From: Eledone cirrhosa
Lineage: Eukaryota
Direction of reading: 5' to 3'
Assembly: GCA_964016885.1 (NCBI GenBank)
Contig: OZ024741.1
Coordinates: 415,462,001-415,526,000 of the forward strand
DNA: 64,000 nt
Position numbers and translations under genes: made by a program. Below the pieces are notes generated by a model that did not search any database, was not told where the DNA came from, and was given only the letters and a program-made list of their open reading frames with translations. Positions 1 through 11,398 of this stretch are shown here, in pieces; the stretch's first letter is position 1, and every line of letters begins with the position of its first letter.

Positions 1-12
1 TTTAGTTACCAA

Positions 13-32
13 CCTGGTCAAAACTGACCAGG
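13..32. repeat. Intra-monomer inverted repeat CCTGGTCA-N4-TGACCAGG (first copy shown; perfect or variant form in essentially every monomer)
   Basis: The reverse complement of CCTGGTCA is TGACCAGG. The loop is ACAC in the consensus (AAAC in this first copy). Confidence 0.95.
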
Positions 33-619
33 AATATTACCTGCAGTTGTCTTAACCCTTTAGTTACCAACCTGGTCAACACTGACCAGGACTATTGCCT
101 AAAGTTGTCTTAACCCTTTAGTTAAGTTACCAACCTGGTCAATACTGACCAGAACTATTACCTACAGTTGTCTTAACCCTTTAGTTACCAACCTGGTCAA
201 CACTGACCAGGACTATTACCTACAGTTGTCTTGACTCTTTAGTTTCCAACCTGGTCAACACTGACCAGGACTATTACCTACAGTTGTCTTAACCCTTTAG
301 TTACCAGTCTGGTCAACCCTGACCACCACTATTATCTACAGTTGTCTTAACCCTTTAGTTACCAGTCTGGTCAACACTGACCAGCACTATTATCTACAGT
401 TGTCTTCACCCTTTAGTTACCAGTCTGGTCAACACTGACCAGCACTATTACCTACAGTTGTCGTAACACTAGTTATCAACCTAGTCAACACTAACCAGGA
501 CTATTATCTACAGTTGTCGTAACACTTTAGTTAACAACCTGGTCAACACTTACCAGGATTATTACCTACAGTTGTCTTAACACTTTAGTTACTGACCTGG
601 TCAACACTTACCAGGACTA

Positions 620-1540
620 TTACCTACAGTTGTCTTAACCCTTTAGTTACCAACCTGGTCAACACGGACCAGGACTATTACCTACAGTTGTGTTAACCCT
701 TTAGTTACCAACCTAGTCAACACTAACCAGGACTATTAACTACAGTTGTTTTAACCCTTTAGTTACCAACCTGGTCAACACTGACCAGGACTATTACCTA
801 CAGTTGTGTTAACCCTTTAGTTACCAACCTGGTCAACACTAACCAGGAATATTATCTACAGTTGTGTTAACCCTTTAGTTACCAACCTGGTCAACACTAA
901 CCAGGACTATTACCTACAGTTGTCTTAAACCTTTAGTTTCCAACCTGGTCAACACAGACCAGGACTATTACCTACAGTTGTCTTAACCCTTTAGTTACCA
1001 ACCCAGTCAACACTAACCAGAACGATTACCTACAGTTCTCTTAACCCTTTAGTTACCAACCTGGTCAACACTGACCAGGACTATTACCTACAGTTGTCTT
1101 AACCCTTTAGTTACCAACCTGGTCAACACGGACCAGGACTATTACCTACAGTTGTGTTAACCCTTTAGTTACCAACCTAGTCAACACTAACCAGGACTAT
1201 TAACTACAGTTGTTTTAACCCTTTAGTTACCAACCTGGTCAACACTGACCAGGACTATTACCTACAGTTGTCTTAACCCTTTAGTTACCAACCTGGTCAA
1301 CACTAACCAGGAATATTATCTACAGTTGTGTTAACCCTTTAGTTACCAACCTGGTCAACACTAACCAGGACTATTACCTACAGTTGTCTTAAACCTTTAG
1401 TTTCCAACCTGGTCAACACAGACCAGGACTATTACCTACAGTTGTCTTAACCCTTTAGTTACCAACCCAGTCAACACTAACCAGGACGATTACCTACAGT
1501 TCTCTTAACCCTTTAGTTACCAACCTGGTCAACACTGACC
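620..1540. repeat. Local tandem duplication of 8 monomers (464 bp)
   Basis: CGGACC at 665/1129, each followed by the same series (CTAG+ATTAAC+GTTTT, GGAATATTATC, AAACC/TTTCC+CAGACC, CCCAG+CGATT). Confidence 0.85.
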
Positions 1541-1949
1541 AGCACTATTATCTACAGTTGTCTTAAGCCTTTAGTTAACAGTCTGGTCAACACTGACCAG
1601 CACTATTATCTACAGTTGTCTTAACCCTTTAGTTACCAGTCTAGTCAACACTGACCAGCACTATTATCTACATTTGTAGTAACACTTTAGTTACCAACCT
1701 GGTCAACACTTACCAGGACTATTACTTACAGTTGTCTTAACCCTTTAGTTACCAACCTGGTCAACACTTACCACGACTATTACCTAGAGTTGTCTTAACC
1801 CTTTAGTTACCAACCTGGTCAACACTAACCAGGACTATTACCTACAGTTGTCTTAACCCTTTAGTTACCAAACTAGTCAACACTGACCAGGACTATTACC
1901 TAGAGTTGTCTTAACCCTTTAGTTACCAACCTGGTCAACACTAACCAGG

Positions 1950-2680
1950 ACTATTACCTACAGTTGTCTTAACCCTTTAGTTACCAACCTGGTCAAAACT
2001 AACCAGGACTATTATGTACAGTTGTGTTAACCCTTTAGTTACCAATCTGGTCAACACTAACCAGGACTATTACCTACAGTTGTCTTAAATTTTAGTTTCC
2101 AACCTGGTCAACACTAACCAGGACTATTACCTACAGTTGTCTTAACCCTTTAGTTACCAACCTGGTCAACACTGACCAGGACTATTACCTACAGTTGTCC
2201 TAACCCTTTAGTTACAAACCTGGTCAACACTGACCAGGACTATTACCTACAGTTGTCTTAACCCTTTTGTTACCAACCCAGTCAACACTAACCAGGACTA
2301 TTACCTACAGTTGTCTTAACCCTTTAGTTACCAACCTGGTCAAAACTAACCAGGACTATTATGTACAGTTGTGTTAACCCTTTAGTTACCAATCTGGTCA
2401 ACACTAACCAGGACTATTACCTACAGTTGTCTTAAATTTTAGTTTCCAACCTGGTCAACACTAACCAGGACTATTACCTACAGTTGTCTTAACCCTTTAG
2501 TTACCAACCTGGTCAACACTGACCAGGACTATTACCTACAGTTGTCCTAACCCTTTAGTTACAAACCTGGTCAACACTGACCAGGACTATTACCTACAGT
2601 TGTCTTAACCCTTTTGTTACCAACCCAGTCAACACTAACCAGGACTATTACCTACAGTTGTCTTAACCCTTTAGTTACCA
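1950..2680. repeat. Local tandem duplication of 6 monomers (347 bp)
   Basis: ATTATGTACA at 2011/2358, each followed by the -1 CTTAAATTTTAG and the CCCTTTTGTT variants. 6x58-1 = 347. Confidence 0.88.
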
Positions 2681-5600
2681 ACCTGGTCAACACTGACCAG
2701 GACTATTACCGACAGTTGTCTTAACCCTTTAGTTACCAACCCAGTCAACACTAACCAGGACTATTACCTACAGTTGTCTTAACGCTTTAGTTATCAACCT
2801 GGTCAACACTGACCAGAACAATTACCTACAGTTGTCTTAACCCTTTAGTTATCAACCTGGTCAACACTAACCAGGACTATTACCTACAGTTGTCTTAACC
2901 CTTTAGTGACCAACCTGGTCAACACTAACCAGGGCTATTACCTACATTTTTCTTAACCGTTTAGTTACCAACCTGGTCAACACTGACCAGGACTATTACC
3001 TACAGTTGTCTTAACCCTTTAGTTACCAACCTGGTCAACACTGACCAGGAATATTACCTGCAGTTGTCTTAACCCTTTAGTTACCAACCTGGTCAACACT
3101 GACCAGGACTATTGCCTAAAGTTGTCTTAACCCTTTAGTTACCAGTCTGGTCAACCCTGACCAGCACTATTATCTACAGTTGTCTTAACCCTTTAGTAAC
3201 CAGTCTGGTCAACACTGACCAGCACTATTATCTACAGTTGTCTTGACCCTTTAGTTACCAGTCTGGTCAACACTGACCAGGACTATTACCTACAGTTGTC
3301 GTAACACTTTAGTTATCAACCTAGTCAACACTAACCAGGACTATTATCTACAGTTGTCGTAAAACTTTAGTTACCAACCTGGTCAACACTTACCTGGACT
3401 ATTACATACAGTTGTCTTAACACTTTAGTTACCAACCTGGTCAAAACTGACCAGGAATATTACCTGCAGTTGTCTTAACCCTTTAGTTACCAACCTGGTC
3501 AACACTGACCAGGACTATTGCCTAAAGTTGTCTTAACCCTTTAGTTAAGTTACCAACCTGGTCAATACTGACCAGAACTATTACCTACAGTTGTCTTAAC
3601 CCTTTAGTTACCAACCTGGTCAACACTGACCAGGACTATTACCTACAGTTGTCTTCACTCTTTAGTTTCCAACCTGGTCAACACTGACCAGGACTATTAC
3701 CTACAGTTGTCTTAACCCTTTAGTTACCAGTCTGGTCAACCCTGACCACCACTATTATCTACAGTTGTCTTAACCCTTTAGTTACCAGTCTGGTCAACAC
3801 TGACCAGCACTATTATCTACAGTTGTCTTCACCCTTTAGTTACCAGTCTGGTCAACACTGACCAGGACTATTACCTATAGTTGTCGTAACACTTTAGTTA
3901 TCAACCTAGTCAACACTAACCAGGACTATTATCTACAGTTGTCGTAACACTTTAGTTAACAACCTGGTCAACACTTACCAGGATTATTACCTACAGTTGT
4001 CTTAACACTTTAGTTACTGACCTGGTCAACACTTACCAGGACTATTACCTACAGTTGTCTTAACCCTTTAGTTACCAACCTGGTCAACACGGACCAGGAC
4101 TATTACCTACAGTTGTGTTAACCCTTTAGTTACCAACCTAGTCAACACTAACCAGGACTATTAACTACAGTTGTTTTAACCCTTTAGTTACCAACCTGGT
4201 CAACACTGACCAGGACTATTACCTACAGTTGTCTTAACCCTTTAGTTACCAACCTGGTCAACACTAACCAGGAATATTATCTACAGTTGTGTTAACCCTT
4301 TAGTTACCAACCTGGTCAACACTAACCAGGACTATTACCTACAGTTGTCTTAAACCTTTAGTTTCCAACCTGGTCAACACAGACCAGGACTATTACCTAC
4401 AGTTGTCTTAACCCTTTAGTTACCAACCCAGTCAACACTAACCAGAACGATTACCTACAGTTCTCTTAACCCTTTAGTTACCAACCTGGTCAACACTGAC
4501 CAGCACTATTATCTACAGTTGTCTTAAGCCTTTAGTTAACAGTCTGGTCAACACTGACCAGCACTATTATCTACAGTTGTCTTAACCCTTTAGTTACCAG
4601 TCTAGTCAACACTGACCAGCACTATTATCTACATTTGTAGTAACACTTTAGTTACCAACCTGGTCAACACTTACCAGGACTATTACTTACAGTTGTCTTA
4701 ACCCTTTAGTTACCAACCTGGTCAACACTTACCACGACTATTACCTAGAGTTGTCTTAACCCTTTAGTTACCAACCTGGTCAACACTAACCAGGACTATT
4801 ACCTACAGTTGTCTTAACCCTTTAGTTACCAACCTAGTCAACACTGACCAGGACTATTACCTACAGTTGTCTTAACCCTTTAGTTACTAACCTGGTCAAC
4901 ACTGACCAGGACTATTACCTACAGTTGTCTTAACCGTTTAGTTACCAACCTGGTCAACACTGACCAGGACTATTACCTACAGTTGTCTTAACCCTTTAGT
5001 TACCAACCTGGTCAACACTGACCAGGAATATTACCTGCAGTTGTCTTAACCCTTTAGTTACCAGTCTGGTCAACCCTGACCAGCACTATTATCTACAGTT
5101 GTCTTAACCCTTTAGTAACCAGTCTGGTCAACACTGACCAGCACTATTATCTACAGTTGTCTTGACCCTTTAGTTACCAGTCTGGTCAACACTGACCAGG
5201 ACTATTACCTACAGTTGTCGTAACACTTTAGTTATCAACCTAGTCAACACTAACCAGGACTATTATCTACAGTTGTCGTAACACTTTAGTTACCAACCTG
5301 GTCAACACTAACCAGGACTATTATCTACAGTTGTCTTAACACTTTAGTTACCAACCTGGTCAACACTGACCAGGAATATTACCTGCAGTTGTCTTAACCC
5401 TTTAGTTACCAACCTGGTCAACACTGACCAGGACTATTGCCTAAAGTTGTCTTAACCCTTTAGTTAAGTTACCAACCTGGTCAATACTGACCAAAACTAT
5501 TACCTACAGTTGTCTTAACCCTTTAGTTACCAACCTGGTCAACACTGACCAGGACTATTACCTACAGTTGTCTTGACTCTTTAGTTTCCAACCTGGTCAA

Positions 5601-8600
5601 CACTGACCAGGACTATTACCTACAGTTGTCTTAACCCTTTAGTTACCAGTCTGGTCAACCCTGACCACCACTATTATCTACAGTTGTCTTAACCCTTTAG
5701 TTACCAGTCTGGTCAACACTGACCAGCACTATTATCTACAGTTGTCTTGACCCTTTAGTTACCAGTCTGGTCAACACTGACCAGGACTATTACCTACAGT
5801 TGTCGTAACACTTTAGTTATCAACCTAGTCAACACTAACCAGGACTATTATCTACAGTTGTCGTAACACTTTAGTTAACAACCTGGTCAACACTTACCAG
5901 GATTATTACCTACAGTTGTCTTAATACTTTAGTTACTGACCTGGTCAACACTTACCAGGACTATTACCTACAGTTGTCTTAACCCTTTAGTTACCAACCT
6001 GGTCAACACGGACCAGGACTATTACCTACAGTTGTGTTAACCCTTTAGTTACCAACCTAGTCAACACTAACCAGGACTATTAACTACAGTTGTTTTAACC
6101 CTTTAGTTACCAACCTGGTCAACACTGACCAGGAATATTACCTGCAGTTGTCTTAACCCTTTAGTTACCAACCTGGTCAACACTGACCAGGACTATTGCC
6201 TAAAGTTGTCTTAACCCTTTAGTTACCAGTCTGGTCAACCCTGACCAGCACTATTATCTACAGTTGTCTTAACCCTTTAGTAACCAGTCTGGTCAACACT
6301 GACCAGCACTATTATCTACAGTTGTCTTGACCCTTTAGTTACCAGTCTGGTCAACACTGACCAGGACTATTACCTACAGTTGTCGTAACACTTTAGTTAT
6401 CAACCTAGTCAACACTAACCAGGACTATTATCTACAGTTGTCGTAACACTTTAGTTACCAACCTGGTCAACACTTACCAGGACTATTACCTACAGTTGTC
6501 TTAACACTTTAGTTACCAACCTGGTCAACACTGACCAGGAATATTACCTGCAGTTGTCTTAACCCTTTAGTTACCAACCTGGTCAACACTGACCAGGACT
6601 ATTGCCTAAAGTTGTCTTAACCCTTTAGTTAAGTTACCAACCTGGTCAATACTGACCAAAACTATTACCTACAGTTGTCTTAACCCTTTAGTTACCAACC
6701 TGGTCAACACTGACCAGGACTATTACCTACAGTTGTCTTGACTCTTTAGTTTCCAACCTGGTCAACACTGACCAGGACTATTACCTACAGTTGTCTTAAC
6801 CCTTTAGTTACCAGTCTGGTCAACCCTGACCACCACTATTATCTACAGTTGTCTTAACCCTTTAGTTACCAGTCTGGTCAACACTGACCAGCACTATTAT
6901 CTACAGTTGTCTTGACCCTTTAGTTACCAGTCTGGTCAACACTGACCAGGACTATTACCTACAGTTGTCGTAACACTTTAGTTATCAACCTAGTCAACAC
7001 TAACCAGGACTATTATCTACAGTTGTCGTAACACTTTAGTTAACAACCTGGTCAACACTTACCAGGATTATTACCTACAGTTGTCTTAACACTTTAGTTA
7101 CTGACCTGGTCAACACTTACCAGGACTATTACCTACAGTTGTCTTAACCCTTTAGTTACCAACCTGGTCAACACGGACCAGGACTATTACCTACAGTTGT
7201 GTTAACCCTTTAGTTACCAACCTAGTCAACACTAACCAGGACTATTAACTACAGTTGTTTTAACCCTTTAGTTACCAACCTGGTCAACACTGACCAGGAC
7301 TATTACCTACAGTTGTCTTAACCCTTTAGTTACCAACCTGGTCAACACTAACCAGGAATATTATCTACAGTTGTGTTAACCCTTTAGTTACCAACCTGGT
7401 CAACACAGACCAGGACGATTACCTACAGTTCTCTTAACCCTTTAGTTACCAACCTGGTCAACACTGACCAGCACTATTATCTACAGTTGTCTTAAGCCTT
7501 TAGTTACCAGTCTGGTCAACACTGACCAGGACTATTACCTACAGTTGTCTTAACCCTTTAGTTACCAACCTGGTCAACACTGACCAGAACAATTACCTAC
7601 AGTTGTCTTAACCCTTTAGTTACCAACCTGGTGAACACTAACCAGGACTATTACCTACAGTTGTCTTAACCCTTTAGTTACCAACCTGGTCAACACTAAC
7701 CAGGGCTATTACCTACATTTTTCTTAAGCGTTTAGTTACCAACCTGGTCAACACTGACCAGGACTATTACCTACAGTTGTCTTAACCCTTTAGTTACCAA
7801 CCTGGTCAACACTGACCAGGAATATTACCTGCAGTTGTCTTAACCCTTTAGTTACCAACCTGGTCAACACTGACCAGGACTATTGCCTAAAGTTGTCTTA
7901 ACCCTTTAGTTACCAGTCTGGTCAACCCTGACCAGCACTATTATCTACAGTTGTCTTAACCCTTTAGTTACCAGTCTGGTCAACACTGACCAGCACTATT
8001 ATCTACAGTTGTCTTGACCCTTTAGTTACCAGTCTGGTCAACACTGACCAGGACTATTACCTACAGTTGTCGTAACACTTTAGTTATCAACCTAGTCAAC
8101 ACTAACCAGGACTATTATCTACAGTTGTCGTAACACTTTAGTTACCAACCTGGTCAACACTTGCCAGGACTATTACCTACAGTTGTCTTAACACTTTAGT
8201 TACCAACCTGGTCAACACTTACCAGGACTATTACCTACAGTTGTCTTAACCCTTTAGTTACCAACCTGGTCAACACAGACCAGGACTATTACCTACAGTT
8301 GTCGTAACCCTTTAGTTACCAACCCAGTCAACACTAACCAGGACTATTACCTACAGTTGTCTTAACCCTTTAGTTATCAACCTAGTCAACGCTGACCAGG
8401 ACTATTACCTACAGTTGTCTTAACCCTTTAGTTACCAACCTGGTCAACACTGACCAGGACTATTACCTACAGTTGTCTTAAACCTTTAGTTTCCAACCTG
8501 GTCAACACTGACCAGGAATATTACCTGCAGTTGTCTTAACCCTTTAGTTACCAACCTGGTCAACACTGACCAGGACTATTGCCTAAAGTTGTCTTAACCC

Positions 8601-11398
8601 TTTAGTTAAGTTACCAACCTGGTCAATACTGACCAGAACTATTACCTACAGTTGTCTTAACCCTTTAGTTACCAACCTGGTCAACACTGACCAGGACTAT
8701 TACCTACAGTTGTCTTGACTCTTTAGTTTCCAACCTGGTCAACACTGACCAGGACTATTACCTACAGTTGTCTTAACCCTTTAGTTACCCGTCTGGTCAA
8801 CCCTGACCAGCACTATTATCTACAGTTGTCTTAACCCTTTAGTTACCAGTCTGGTCAACACTGACCAGCACTATTATCTACAGTTGTCTTGACCCTTTAG
8901 TTACCAGTCTGGTCAACACTGACCAGGACTATTACCTACAGTTGTCGTAACACTTTAGTTATCAACCTAGTCAACACTAACCAGGACTATTAACTACAGT
9001 TGTCTTAACCTTTTAGATACCAACCTGGTCAACACTGACCAGGACTATTACCTACAGTTGTCTTAACCCTTTAGTTACCAACCTGGTCAACACTAACCAG
9101 GAATATTATCTACAGTTGTTTTAACCCTTTAGTTACCAACCTGGTCAACACTAACCAGGACTATTACCTACAGTTGTCCTAAACCTTTAGTTTCCAACCT
9201 GGTCAACACAGGCCAGGACTATTACCTACAGTTGTCTTAACCCTTTAGTTACCAACCCAGTCAACACTAACCAGGACGATTACCTACAGTTCTCTTAACC
9301 CTTTAGTTACCAACCTGGTCAACACTGACCAGCACTATTATCTACAGTTGTCTTAAGCCTTTAGTTAACAGTCTGGTCAACACTGACCAGCACTATTATC
9401 TACAGTTATCTTAACCCTTTAGTTACCAGTCTAGTCAACACTGACCAGCACTATTATCTAAAGTTGTCGTAACACTTTAGTTACCAACCTGGTCAACACT
9501 TACCAGGACTATTACCTACAGTTGTCTTAACCCTTTAGTTACCAACCTGGTCAACACTTACCACGACTATTACCTAGAGTTGTCTTAACCCTTTAGTTAC
9601 CAACCTGGTCAACACTAACCTGGACTATTACCTACAGTTGTCTTAACCCTTTAGTTACCAACCTGGTCAACACTAACCAGGACTATTACCTACAGTTGTC
9701 TTAACACTTTAGTTACCAACCTGGTCAACACTAACCAGGACTATTACCTACAGTTGTCTTAACCCTTTAGTTACCAACCTGGTCAACACTTACCAGGACT
9801 ATAACCTACAGTTGTCTTAACCCTTTAGTTACCAATCTGGTCAACACTAACCAGGACTATTACCTACAGTTGTCTTAAATTTTAGTTTCCAACCCGGTCA
9901 ACACTAACCAGGACTATTACCTACAGTTGTCTTAACCCTTTAGTTACCAACCTGGTCAACACTGACCAGGACTATTACCTACAGTTGTCCTAACCCTTTA
10001 GTTACAAACCTGGTCAACACTGACCAGGACTATTACCTACAGTTGTCTTAACCCTTTAGTTACCAACCCAGTCAACACTAACCAGGACTATTACCTACAG
10101 TTGTCTTAACCCTTTAGTTACCAACCTGGTCAAAACTGACCAGGACTATTACCGACAGTTGTCTTAACCCTTTAGTTACCAAACCAGTCAACACTAACCA
10201 GGACTATTACCTACAGTTGTCTTAACGCTTTAGTTATCAACCTGGTCAACACTGACCAGAACAATTACCTACAGTTGTCTTAACCCTTCAGTTATCAACC
10301 TGGTCAACACTAACCAGGACTATTACCTACAGTTATCTTAACCCTTTAGATACCAACCTGGTCAACACTAACCAGGGCTATTACCTACATTTTTCTTAAC
10401 CGTTTAGTTACCAACCTGGTCAACACTGACCAGGACTATTACCTACAGTTGTCTTAACCCTTTAGTTACCAACCTGGTCAACACTGACCAGGAATATTAC
10501 CTGCAGTTGTCTTAACCCTTTAGTTACCAACCTGGTCAACACTGACCAGGACTATTGCCTAAAGTTGTCTTAACCCTTTAGTTACCAGTCTGGTCAACCC
10601 TGAGCAGCACTATTATCTACAGTTGTCTTAACCCTTTAGTAACCAGTCTGGTCAACACTGACCAGCACTATTATCTACAGTTGTCTTGACCCTTTAGTTA
10701 CCAGTCTGGTCAACACTGACCAGGACTATTACCTACAGTTGTCGTAACACTTTAGTTATCAACCTAGTCAACACTAACCAGGACTATTATCTACATTTGT
10801 CGTAACACTTTAGTTACCAACCTGGTCAACACTTACCAGGACTATTACCTACAGTTGTGTTAACCCTTTAGTTACCAACCTAGTCAACACTAACCAGGAC
10901 TATTAACTAGAGTTGTCTTAACCCTTTAGTTACCAACCCGGTCAACATTGACCAGGACTATTACCTACAGTTGTCTTAACCCTTTAGTTACCAACCTGGT
11001 CAACACTGACCAGGACTATTACCTACAGTTGTCTTAACCCTTTAGTTACCAACCTGGTCAACACTAACCAGGAATATTATCTACAGTTGTGTTAACCCTT
11101 TAGTTACCAACCTGGTCAACACTAACCAGGACTATTACCTACAGTTGTCTTAACCCTTTAGTTACCAACCTGGTCAACAGTAACCAGGAATATTATCTAC
11201 AGTTGTGTTAACCCTTTAGTTACCAACCTGGTCAACACTAACCAGGACTATTACCTACAGTTGTCTTAAACCTTTAGTTTCCAACCTGGTCAACACAGAC
11301 CAGGACTATTACCTACAGTTGTCTTAACCCTTTAGTTACCAACCCAGTCAACACTAACCAGGACGATTACCTACAGTTCTCTTAACCCTTTAGTTACC

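Noticed and set aside
16-29. Estrogen/nuclear-receptor response element GGTCA-N-TGACC
   Set aside because: The spacer is 4 nt rather than the 3 nt of an ERE, the half-site is TGGTCA rather than AGGTCA, and the right half is frequently mutated.
13-32. Paired Dcm (CCWGG) sites as evidence of bacterial origin
   Set aside because: The two sites are an automatic consequence of the inverted repeat, and nothing else in the window indicates a bacterial source.
13-40. Rho-independent terminator, REP, attC or iteron array
   Set aside because: No U-tract follows the stem, and there are no genes, cassettes or rep gene. The copy number and duplication pattern fit satellite DNA.
53-65. Telomeric repeat (TAACCCT / TTTAG)
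   Set aside because: Only one hexamer-like unit per 58 bp and never tandem, so it is not a telomere tract and is too short to infer ancestry.
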